The notes under the pieces: generated by a model | Told to the model about the DNA's origin: nothing | Database searches by the model: none | What the model saw: only the letters and a program-made list of their open reading frames with translations | Shown here: in pieces, positions 9,082 to 17,374 of the stretch | Layout: the number at the start of each line of letters is the position of its first letter | How positions within the stretch are numbered: the stretch's first letter is position 1 | Source of the DNA: an uncultured Veillonellaceae bacterium | GTDB lineage: Bacteria; Bacillota; Negativicutes; UBA1444 | DNA length: 64,000 nt | Assembly: GCA_964521625.1 (NCBI GenBank) | Contig: CAZFSM010000014.1 | Span: forward strand, 27,061-91,060 | Reading direction: 5' to 3' | Made by a program: the position numbers and the translations under genes

Positions 9082-10773
9082 TCAGTGGCTGAAAAAATGC
9101 AACTTTGCAAAACTCCGGTCTGCACGCAATCGCGGCGCCGCATCGACCAATTGCCGGGTATAGGGGTGCGCCGGGTTCGTAAACACTTCACCAGACAACC
9201 CGGTTTCGATGATGCATCCATCTTTGAGCACTATTGCCCGGTCGCTGATTTTCCGCGCCAAGGCAATATCGTGCGTGATAAATAACAGCGCCAGCCCCCG
9301 CATATCCTGCAGCCGCATCAGCAAGCGGACAACCCGCGCCTGCACCCCGGCATCGAGAGCCGCCGTGATTTCGTCGGCAATCAAAAGTTTCGGCTCTAGG
9401 ATCAGCGCCCGAGCGATCGCAACTCGCTGCGCTTCGCCGCCGCTCAGTTGATGCGGATAACGTTGCATAAAATCCGCCGTTGTTGGCAGATCGACGTCGG
9501 ACAATACTTTGCGCACTTTTTCATCCCGTTCCGTTTGTGAGCCCCTCTCATGGATGTCGAGCGGTTCCAGTACGATTTGACCAACATTCAGTCGATGGCT
9601 AAAGGCTTCCTTAGGGTTCTGAAATACGAGCTGAATCCGTTCATAAAACTGATGTCGCTTCCAGCCAGTCTGGCCGTCAATCCGAAACGTTCCGCCATCT
9701 GCCGGCCATAACCCCATCAAAGTTTTTGCCAGCGTTGTTTTGCCAGAACCGCTCTCGCCTACCAGTGCCAGCGTTTCCCCTTCATACAGCGTCAGGGATA
9801 TCTGCTGTAAAATTGTCTTGCCGTCCAGTTTTTTTTGCAGCCCGCTAACTTCCAGCATCGGCACAATCCCGCCCCGGTGGCAGGCCACGGCTCTGCCCTC
9901 GGACACCGAGTTTAAAGCAGGAACCACAGTAGCGCAGACATCAATACGCTGGCTGCAGCGAGGATGAAAAGCACAGCCAGCAACGTGGCTTGCCGCATGG
10001 CCGGGAATACATTGAATGTCTTTAAAAGTTGTCATGTCGGGATAGGCGCGCAACAAGGCGCGGCTATAGGGATGCCGGGGAGCGGCGAACACTTCGTCGC
10101 AGGGGCCGGTTTCGACAATATTGCCGGCGTACATGACCGCCACGCGATTCGCCAGCTGCGCCGCCGTCGCCAAATCGTGCGTAATCAGCAGATTGGTCCG
10201 CCCCGGCAACGTCGTTGCCAAAATTTGCAGCACCTGTGCTTTGCTAAGCGGATCCAGCGAAGCCGTCGGTTCGTCCAGGATCAGCAGTTCCGGTTCGTTC
10301 ACCAGCGCCATTGCCAGCAATACCCGCTGCTGCTCGCCGCCGCTGAGCCGGTGCGGCTGCATCCCGTTCCTGTCGGCAGATAGCCCTATAGCTGCCAAAG
10401 CCGCTGTCGCTTTGGCGATGGCGGCTTCCTTTATTACCGGAAAGTGGACCATTACCGCTTCGGCTACTTGATCAGCTGCAGTATATAAAGGATGCAACAC
10501 TTCGCCGCCATTTTGATGCACCAGGGCCACCGTTCGGCCCCGGATATCCCGCAGCTCCGCCTCGGTTAAGCTCAGCAAATCCTTGCCGCGCCAACACGCC
10601 ATTCCGGTAACCACATCGCCTGCCAGACGCAGCAAACTTAGCCCCAGCGTTGTTTTCCCCGCGCCGGACTCGCCGATAATCGCCAAAGTCTCACCTTGTT
10701 TTACGGTCAACGAAATACCGTGCAGTATTTCCTCTATTCCATAGGAAACCTTGTAGTTTTCAATCTGCAGCAT
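9082..10773 (-). CDS. Fused double ATP-binding protein of a Nik/Dpp/Opp-type ABC importer
   Basis: Two ABC cassettes. Walker A GESGAGKTT and GESGSGKTT; signatures LSGGEQQRVLLAMAL and LSGGEAQRVAIARAL. Cys-rich oligopeptide-type C-terminal extensions are present (HPYSRALL..C..C.FHPRC). Confidence 0.9.
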   Translation of the reverse strand: MLQIENYKVSYGIEEILHGISLTVKQGETLAIIGESGAGKTTLGLSLLRLAGDVVTGMACWRGKDLLSLTEAELRDIRGRTVALVHQNGGEVLHPLYTAADQVAEAVMVHFPVIKEAAIAKATAALAAIGLSADRNGMQPHRLSGGEQQRVLLAMALVNEPELLILDEPTASLDPLSKAQVLQILATTLPGRTNLLITHDLATAAQLANRVAVMYAGNIVETGPCDEVFAAPRHPYSRALLRAYPDMTTFKDIQCIPGHAASHVAGCAFHPRCSQRIDVCATVVPALNSVSEGRAVACHRGGIVPMLEVSGLQKKLDGKTILQQISLTLYEGETLALVGESGSGKTTLAKTLMGLWPADGGTFRIDGQTGWKRHQFYERIQLVFQNPKEAFSHRLNVGQIVLEPLDIHERGSQTERDEKVRKVLSDVDLPTTADFMQRYPHQLSGGEAQRVAIARALILEPKLLIADEITAALDAGVQARVVRLLMRLQDMRGLALLFITHDIALARKISDRAIVLKDGCIIETGLSGEVFTNPAHPYTRQLVDAAPRLRADRSFAKLHFFSH

Positions 10774-11581
10774 GTGGTTCCTCCAATCCTGCCCCGATCA
10801 GCGCAAATGCCAGCACCAATGAAGATACGGCAATCCCCGGCGGCAACAGCCACCAGCTCCAGGTATCGAGATACGTAAACGCCAGCGCCTGTTGAATCAT
10901 TCTGCCCCAGCTCTGCGCCAGCGGATCGCTGATGCCGAGAAAGGCAAGTCCCGCCTCTAAAAAAACCGCCCGCCGGGCGTCATGGATCATCGCTGCCGAT
11001 AACACCGGCGCCAGGTCGGGCAAAATATGCCGCCTGAGCAAATACCAACGGCCCGCACCAAAAGTCCTTGCGGCTGTCACCGGCCCGGATTCCCTAAGCA
11101 GTAACGTTTGCGAACGCAGTAAACGTCCCGTGCCCGGCCAGAAAAAAAATGCCAGAATGCCCACCAGCATTAGCGAACTGGGCTGCAAATAGGCTGCAGC
11201 CAGCATAGCGGCTAAAATCGGCGGGATAACCAAACCGACGTCCATCATGCGGACCGTCACTCGTTCCAGACAACCGCCAGCCAACGTTCCGCCGGCGCCC
11301 AATAATGCGCCGAGCAGCGCAGAAACCAATGCCGCCCCCACCGCAACGCCTAGCGAGGTCCTCGCCCCAGCCATCAACTGGGACAGCACATCTTGCCCTA
11401 CATCATTTGTGCCAAGCCAATGAACCGCTGACGGCGGTAAAAACGCCTTGCCGCTGTAAGCATCCGGCGCATACGGCGTAGCAAAAGCACCAGCCAGCGC
11501 CACCGCTGCCCAGAAGCAAAGCAATAATAGCCCCCAGCGGCCAGGTCCGGTTTTTAGCTTTTTTCCGTATTGGATATGCAT
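10760..11581 (-). CDS. ABC importer permease (NikC/DppC-like)
   Basis: 273 aa with about 6 TM segments. It has the N-terminal WLGTNDVGQDVLSQL motif typical of DppC/NikC. It overlaps both neighbouring genes. Confidence 0.9.
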   Translation of the reverse strand: MHIQYGKKLKTGPGRWGLLLLCFWAAVALAGAFATPYAPDAYSGKAFLPPSAVHWLGTNDVGQDVLSQLMAGARTSLGVAVGAALVSALLGALLGAGGTLAGGCLERVTVRMMDVGLVIPPILAAMLAAAYLQPSSLMLVGILAFFFWPGTGRLLRSQTLLLRESGPVTAARTFGAGRWYLLRRHILPDLAPVLSAAMIHDARRAVFLEAGLAFLGISDPLAQSWGRMIQQALAFTYLDTWSWWLLPPGIAVSSLVLAFALIGAGLEEPHAAD

Positions 11582-12546
11582 AGTGTTTTTACCCTCGGAT
11601 CTACAATCGGATAGAGCAGTTCCAGCAAAAAATTGACCGCCAGCACCGTGACTGACGCCAGTAACAAAATCCCCTGCAATAACGGATAATCACGGGCGGC
11701 GAGCGCCCGATGCAGCAGCGAGCCCATGCCCGGGTAGCCAAAGATGACTTCAATCATTAAAATCCCGGCAAACAAATGGGACAAGTGCAATCCCGCCGAG
11801 GTAACGGCAGGCAACAGCACACTCCGGCCCAGATGCCGGTAACGGATGGAAGCTTCCGCACAGCCCTTGGCCCGGGCTGTACGGAGAAAAGGCGCCCGCA
11901 ACAGGCCGGCGGCCGAATTGCGGCAAAGCAGATACATGGTGGTCATGCGCGCCAACACCAACGAAGCAAGCGGCAGCGCTAAATGGCGCAGCACGTCTTG
12001 CCCCCAGGCCCAGCCGGCCTGCCCGCCATATACGGTAACCGCGCCACCTAGCGGAAACAGCGACCAGACCACAGCAAAGCCCAATAACAAAAGCGCCCCG
12101 ACAAAAAAGTCCGGCACGCCGCCGATCAGCATGAGGCTGGCAAACAGCCCCTTGTCCCAGCGGCTGCCTTTGCGCGCCCCACTCTCCAGCCCCAGTACAA
12201 AACCACCCACCGTCGAAAGCAAGAGTGAAGCTCCCGCCAGCAGGATCGTCCAGGGCAAAAATCCCGCCATGACCTTTGTAACAGGAGCATTAAAAAAGTA
12301 GGACCAACCCAGGTCGGCCCGTAATAACGAACCCAGATAGGCGAAAAACTGAGTGTCCCAGCTTTGATCAAGTGCAAAGCGCCGATAGATTTCGGATTTC
12401 ATCTCCGCTGTCATCGACAGTGCGGCTTCCTCGCCATAGATCGCCAGAAACGGGTCTCCCGGCAACAGACGCGGCAAAACAAACCCCAGCGAACAGAGGA
12501 TAAAAAAAGCGATGGCATAATCCGTAAGCAACCGGGAAATTCGCAT
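11554..12546 (-). CDS. ABC importer permease (NikB/DppB-like)
   Basis: 330 aa. N-terminal LPRLLPGDP motif and an EAA loop (FLRTARAKGCAEASIRYRHLGRSVLLP). Confidence 0.9.
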   Translation of the reverse strand: MRISRLLTDYAIAFFILCSLGFVLPRLLPGDPFLAIYGEEAALSMTAEMKSEIYRRFALDQSWDTQFFAYLGSLLRADLGWSYFFNAPVTKVMAGFLPWTILLAGASLLLSTVGGFVLGLESGARKGSRWDKGLFASLMLIGGVPDFFVGALLLLGFAVVWSLFPLGGAVTVYGGQAGWAWGQDVLRHLALPLASLVLARMTTMYLLCRNSAAGLLRAPFLRTARAKGCAEASIRYRHLGRSVLLPAVTSAGLHLSHLFAGILMIEVIFGYPGMGSLLHRALAARDYPLLQGILLLASVTVLAVNFLLELLYPIVDPRVKTLCISNTEKS

Positions 12547-12565
12547 TTTCTCCTCCCGTTAGAAC

Positions 12566-13180
12566 TTACCAGCCGCGCTGATACGGCTCGGCGCAGGCCA
12601 GGCAGACTTTTTTGCCATCGACCAGACGCAGTCGGGGTTCCATCGTGACTTCACCGCAAGCTTCGCAGGCAAAAGAATCAAAAATCCGGGCCCGTTCCGG
12701 CACAACAAAGGTTGGTGCTTTGATCGAAAAAAGTTCTTCATCGGACGCTGCCAGCATCTGGCGCATCCGCTCGGTTTTTTGCGCTTCAAACTGAGCTTTT
12801 TCATCAGCGGTCGCAGCGCCGGTCATTACTTTTTTGCGCAGCGCCATCCCTTCCGGCGAACTGGCGCCTGCCTGTCCTTTAAAAACAAGCCGGACCGCTT
12901 TGCCGGTATCACGACGGAAAATTGTAAACGCCTGTTTGCCCTGATCGCGGAAGATCAAATTCCCTTTGCCGATCGAACAGCCGAGCATCGATTGAATCGC
13001 ATCTACGCCGCAGGCATCATTTTCAACGACCGCCACCAGTTCCTCGTCCTTGTCGCGGTTAAGTTCCAACTCTCTAACCGCCAGTTTCGCCGCCCGATAG
13101 CCGATGATCAGGCCAGGGCAAACATGTCCGTGAAAAGTAATGACCGGTTTTAAATCCTCTGGAATCGTGAACGTTGCCAT
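12566..13180 (-). CDS. FmdE/FwdE-family protein with a C-terminal Cys4 zinc ribbon
   Basis: FHGHVCPG motif near the N-terminus. C-terminal CEACGE...CLAC. It sits between the SBP and permease genes of the ABC operon. Confidence 0.85.
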   Translation of the reverse strand: MATFTIPEDLKPVITFHGHVCPGLIIGYRAAKLAVRELELNRDKDEELVAVVENDACGVDAIQSMLGCSIGKGNLIFRDQGKQAFTIFRRDTGKAVRLVFKGQAGASSPEGMALRKKVMTGAATADEKAQFEAQKTERMRQMLAASDEELFSIKAPTFVVPERARIFDSFACEACGEVTMEPRLRLVDGKKVCLACAEPYQRGW

Positions 13181-13210
13181 GCAATATGTGCCTCCTTCAA
13201 TTTACGCTAA

Positions 13211-14818
13211 TTATTTCCCCTGCACAAATATCAGCTTGTTTTGCGGAATCGGCGCGCCATTGCCGACTCCCTGGAATGTATACCACAACCGCACTTTATC
13301 GTTGAAAGCCCAATAGGATCGCGGATAATATAACGGTAAAAACGGCAAATCACGCGCCGCCAGTTCCTGTACGCGATAAACCCAGTTGCGGCGAAGCGTC
13401 GGGTCCATCTCTGAGCGGCTCTTGTCCACCGCCTCCTGCCAATCCGCATCGCCTTGCCAGCGGGCGCCAAAAAAGATTTCCCGCGTCAGCAAACGACTGA
13501 ATGCTTCGGGGTCGCAGCCAAGCCCGCCGCTGCCGGTTAATGCCAACTGAAATTGCCAGGAATTCTGCCGGCTATCCACGGTTTTCGGGTCCATAACCCG
13601 CAAGTCAACCACGATACCCTCTTTAGCCAGCTTGTTCTTGATAAATTCGCCTTGCCGTTCGGAAGGCGCGCCAGTCATCGCCAAGCCACCCGAACCAACG
13701 AGCAGTTCCAGTTTTAATGGTTGGCCCGCTTTGACCCATTGTCCGTTTTGTTTAGTATAGCCGGCTTGCGAGAGCAACTTCGCCGCCTGAACCGGATCAT
13801 AGGGATATTTCCCCACGACTTGTGGATTGGTCCACGGGCTGCCGGGCGGCGCCAAGCCGGGACTGCCAGCAAGGCCATGCCCGCGCAGGGTTGTTTTTAC
13901 CAATTCCGGGCGGTCGATCAAATAGGCCAGCGCCTGACGCACTTCAACTTGATTTAATGGCGCCTGTCGATGATTCAATAGCAGGATGGCCACCCAGTCC
14001 CCTTCTTGCGAAATCAGCCTATAACCTTCTTTTTTCAGCGGTTCAGCCATATCCGGCGGAACCTGCGCCGCATCTACTTCGCCGCGCTTCAGCGCAGCTA
14101 CCGACATGTCCCAGCTCAACTTGACAAACCGCAGTTCCTTCACTCTGGCCTCCCCCAGATAGTGCCCCGGCACGGCGATGAACCGATAAGTCCCATGTTC
14201 TTTGCTATATTCCGCCAAACGATAAGGCCCGCTGCCCACAACGGCCGCCGGGCCGGTAAACCCTTTGGGGTCGGCTACGTCTTTCCAGATATGTTCGGGC
14301 AAAATCGGCACCGACGCAGCGATATAATCCAAAAACGGCGCGAAGGGTTCTGTCAAAAATATCTTTACTGTTGAGTCATCGACCGCCTCCGCGCGAATCA
14401 CCTGCGGCGTCGCGATATATGGGTACGGATGCTTTTTGTAGTATGCGAAGGAAAACACCACATCGCTGGCAGTAAACGCTACGCCATCATGCCACTTTGC
14501 ATCCTTTTGCAGCTTCATGCGCCAAGCTTTTTCGCCCGGTAGCCATTCCCAGGTTTTCGCCAAACCGGGCCCGTAGCCGGTTTCATTTTTCCAGACCAGC
14601 GTGTCAAAAACCAACGTCATGCGGATATAGCCAGGCCCGCGCAGATAATGGTTATAAGGATTGGGCAGTCCCCAATCGCCTGTCGTATCGGCAATCGTCA
14701 TAAGCCCGGGATCAGATTTTGCTGACGGCGCAGCAACTTTTTGATCTGACGTTCCGCCACAGCCTGCCGATAGCAACAACAGCGCCACCAGCAAACAGAC
14801 GGTCAGACAATTCATCAT
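13211..14818 (-). CDS. ABC transporter substrate-binding lipoprotein, family 5 (nickel/peptide/opine type)
   Basis: Lipobox LLLSAGCGG and family-5 SBP architecture (about 530 aa; ...KWHDGVAFTASDVVFSF...). The start is placed at the MMNCL ATG (14818); the ORF is open up to 14842. Confidence 0.85.
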   Translation of the reverse strand: MMNCLTVCLLVALLLLSAGCGGTSDQKVAAPSAKSDPGLMTIADTTGDWGLPNPYNHYLRGPGYIRMTLVFDTLVWKNETGYGPGLAKTWEWLPGEKAWRMKLQKDAKWHDGVAFTASDVVFSFAYYKKHPYPYIATPQVIRAEAVDDSTVKIFLTEPFAPFLDYIAASVPILPEHIWKDVADPKGFTGPAAVVGSGPYRLAEYSKEHGTYRFIAVPGHYLGEARVKELRFVKLSWDMSVAALKRGEVDAAQVPPDMAEPLKKEGYRLISQEGDWVAILLLNHRQAPLNQVEVRQALAYLIDRPELVKTTLRGHGLAGSPGLAPPGSPWTNPQVVGKYPYDPVQAAKLLSQAGYTKQNGQWVKAGQPLKLELLVGSGGLAMTGAPSERQGEFIKNKLAKEGIVVDLRVMDPKTVDSRQNSWQFQLALTGSGGLGCDPEAFSRLLTREIFFGARWQGDADWQEAVDKSRSEMDPTLRRNWVYRVQELAARDLPFLPLYYPRSYWAFNDKVRLWYTFQGVGNGAPIPQNKLIFVQGK

Positions 14819-14860
14819 TTCTTTTCCAATTCGCACTTGCAAAACATTGTCCCCCTTGCC

Positions 14861-14921
14861 TGGAAAATAGAAAAAGCCATGCAGAAATCGGTCCCCAGTG
14901 AGACCGATAAACCTTCATGGC
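14861..14921 (-). terminator. Intrinsic-terminator-like hairpin + U-run inside the leader of the ABC operon (attenuator, or terminator of the upstream operon)
   Basis: On the minus strand: ggccatg-aaggttt-ATCGGTC-tcactgggg-GACCGAT-ttctg-catggc, followed by tttttctatttt. It lies between the predicted promoter (14983-15011) and the SBP start. Confidence 0.5.
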
Positions 14922-14982
14922 CTATCTGTTGTTTCTCTGTTCTCTGCTTCAGCAGAGTTTGGCGGTGCATCCCGCCATATAA

Positions 14983-15011
14983 ATAATATAGGGAGACAGC
15001 GGCTAAGTCAA
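14983..15011 (-). promoter_or_regulatory. Sigma-70-type promoter for the SBP-FmdE-permease-ATPase operon
   Basis: Minus strand TTGACT (15011-15006), a 17-nt spacer, then TATTAT (14988-14983). Confidence 0.5.
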
Positions 15012-15056
15012 GGAATCTTGCTTACAAGCCCGATCATTACGGTTCAAAACATATCA

Positions 15057-16496
15057 TTACATGCCGATTTTTCTCCACACCAAAATCCGATAGGAGCCGA
15101 CTACTTCGCCGCTATCGAGTTGCAGCGGCGCTTCCATCGCCACGACATACTTGGGACTGGCCGCCACGGCAACGCAAGGTCCGGCCGCCGGTAGCCAATC
15201 GACCAGTTCCAGTTCCGGCGTCGACAATAGCGCAACACCATGAATGCTGGCATCTTTTGTCCGGATATTGCGCCCGACAGCCACTGCCAATTCCGGTCCG
15301 ACGGTTTTAATTTCCTCAATCATGCCGCCCAACTTGCGCCGTTTCAGCAAGTTGCCTTCCCGATCAAACAAAAACACGCTGTTGCTCTGGGGATGCTCCA
15401 CCGGAGTCGGCAGTTGCCAATTGGCCCGGTTATAAGTATTGCCGGTGGAAAAGATGGCATAGGGGCCGATATGTTGGGTGTGCAAACCGGTTGCATTGAC
15501 AAAAACCCCCTGAATTCGCTGCGGGGCGCTGAGCACCCGCGTCCAGAGCAACTTGCCGCCAGCATCGACAAAAAAAGCTCGTCCGTCTGCCGAGACGCCG
15601 CTCAAAACTTTGCCGTCCGTTGACCACTGGGGGCCAAACCGCATGTTGGTCCGTTCGTACGGTTCAACGGTCGCAGTATGGAGACTCCAGCGATATTGAC
15701 CTGTTTTGGTATCAAAAAGGTAAATATTATCCTTATATTTCCGATCTGGACCGGGTGTATAATCCGATGTGCTAAACACCAGATTATTGCCAGCCGGGTC
15801 GATGTCGCACCAGCTAACCCAGACATCCAGGTTGTGATCGCGGGGAAATAGTTCGACCCCGCCTTCGGCGTTAATTTTATAGATCCGGGCAAAATATTCA
15901 GTCTGACCGTTAGGGGACCTGATCGACCGCAGGGCAACAGCATAGGCGTTGCCGCTGTCATCCATCGTAATGGACATAATTCCGGGAAACGTCTTTTGCC
16001 GAATGTCTACGCCTAACTCTTCGACGCTATTGCGTCGCCACTTTTCACTGCCGCTGTTCGCATCCAGGCAAAACACGGCGCCCTGCTGACTATTTTCGCC
16101 GATCAATATCCGCTGCCCGTCCGGCGTATATTCCAGCGCACTGATTTTGCCCATGCCGATTTTGCGGCTCCATATTTGCGCGCCGTCGATACTGAACACC
16201 ATGACTTCACCGGTTTCCGTGCCAACGGCGATCCGGTCGCCCGCCGGTGACAGCCTGACCAGCCCCGGTGTCGACCCCATCTGGCGAAAGCCGCGAATTT
16301 CGACTTTGCCGAGTGGAATCTCGGCAACTTTTTCGTAGCGCCCCAACTGGCCCAACTGTTGCAATGGCGCTTTCCGGCCTGATTCCCGGCTGAGTTCAGG
16401 GAAAATATGCAGCGCCAGAAACCCTAAACTAATCAGGAATACTGAAAATAGCAAAATGAGCCGGATATTTTTGATGTTCATCCCGTTCACAGCCAC
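15057..16496 (-). CDS. Membrane-anchored extracytoplasmic beta-propeller protein (WD40/PQQ-like repeats), function unknown
   Basis: N-terminal TM anchor IRLILLFSVFLISLGFLALHIF. Blade-like repeats recur (VMVFSIDGAQIWSRK, AVFCLDANSGSEKWRR, IYLFDTKTGQYRWSL, AFFVDAGGKLLWTR, VFLFDREGNLLKRR). The start overlaps the ecfT stop by 10 nt. Confidence 0.65.
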   Translation of the reverse strand: MAVNGMNIKNIRLILLFSVFLISLGFLALHIFPELSRESGRKAPLQQLGQLGRYEKVAEIPLGKVEIRGFRQMGSTPGLVRLSPAGDRIAVGTETGEVMVFSIDGAQIWSRKIGMGKISALEYTPDGQRILIGENSQQGAVFCLDANSGSEKWRRNSVEELGVDIRQKTFPGIMSITMDDSGNAYAVALRSIRSPNGQTEYFARIYKINAEGGVELFPRDHNLDVWVSWCDIDPAGNNLVFSTSDYTPGPDRKYKDNIYLFDTKTGQYRWSLHTATVEPYERTNMRFGPQWSTDGKVLSGVSADGRAFFVDAGGKLLWTRVLSAPQRIQGVFVNATGLHTQHIGPYAIFSTGNTYNRANWQLPTPVEHPQSNSVFLFDREGNLLKRRKLGGMIEEIKTVGPELAVAVGRNIRTKDASIHGVALLSTPELELVDWLPAAGPCVAVAASPKYVVAMEAPLQLDSGEVVGSYRILVWRKIGM

Positions 16497-17374
16497 ACCG
16501 CCATAAAATCATAGACTCCGCGTAAGCGGGGAAAATAGGCAACCCCGTTGTGTTGCAATAAAAACAAAGTTTTCAGCACCGCCCCAGTAAAAATTGCGGC
16601 AAAAATCCCCGCACAGGCAAGTCGCTGCACCAGCGGCCAATTTGGCAACGTCGACTGGCGATTGCCGCGACCAAAACCCCTGCTCTCCACCGACAACGCC
16701 AGTGTTGCCGCCCGTCGCAACGAACGGGCCAGAATGGGAAACAAAACATAAAATGCCGTATTAACCCAGCGCACCGGCGACACACTGCGCATTGGCTCAA
16801 AACCGCGCAACCGCTGCGCCGTAAACACGATGGCCGTTTCTTCGAATATGACCGGTAAAAAGCGCAGACTGGTGATCAGCATAAAGGCAATCTCAAACGG
16901 CATCCGCCAATGCAAAAAGCACTGCAACAGCTGACGCGGATCGGTGGTCCAGCAGATGAGCAGGCCACAGGATAACATGATGCCGGAGCGCAGCGCCTGC
17001 ACTGCCCCATGCTCCAGCCCTTCCCTGTAAATGAAAATTCCGCCCGTCCATTCGCCGATCCACGGCGCGGACGGCGATATCAGGCAGGCGATCATGGTCC
17101 GCGGTTCCTGGTTATAAAATAAGGCCTGACTGACCATCGTCCCCCAGATTCCCACGAGCAGAAATATCGTCAGCACCTGCCAGCGCTCCACAGAAGACCG
17201 GGCCAGGAAATGCAATCCCAATGAAGCCAAAAATAAAATAAAGAGCGGCCTCGGCCCGTCAAGGCCGACGGCAAACAGCATGACCGCAGTCAAAAGCACC
17301 AGTTTGGTTCGCACATCCAGCCGGTGAATCGGCGTATCAGCCGGCGTGGCTTGCCAAATCTGTCTGTTGTACAT
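16487..17374 (-). CDS. ecfT: ECF transporter transmembrane (T) component, EcfT/CbiQ family
   Basis: 295 aa and polytopic. It has the two coupling-helix Arg motifs (FTAQRLRGF and LALSVESRGFG). It overlaps the ATPase gene. Confidence 0.85.
   Translation of the reverse strand: MYNRQIWQATPADTPIHRLDVRTKLVLLTAVMLFAVGLDGPRPLFILFLASLGLHFLARSSVERWQVLTIFLLVGIWGTMVSQALFYNQEPRTMIACLISPSAPWIGEWTGGIFIYREGLEHGAVQALRSGIMLSCGLLICWTTDPRQLLQCFLHWRMPFEIAFMLITSLRFLPVIFEETAIVFTAQRLRGFEPMRSVSPVRWVNTAFYVLFPILARSLRRAATLALSVESRGFGRGNRQSTLPNWPLVQRLACAGIFAAIFTGAVLKTLFLLQHNGVAYFPRLRGVYDFMAVWL

Noticed and set aside
14861-14982. Assignment of the ABC-operon leader to a known riboswitch class (cobalamin, NiCo, Moco)
   Set aside because: There is no B12 box and no AGGGAA/GCCACTG core, and I could not match the conserved junction nucleotides of NiCo or Moco motifs by eye. 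It is reported only as an unclassified structured leader.
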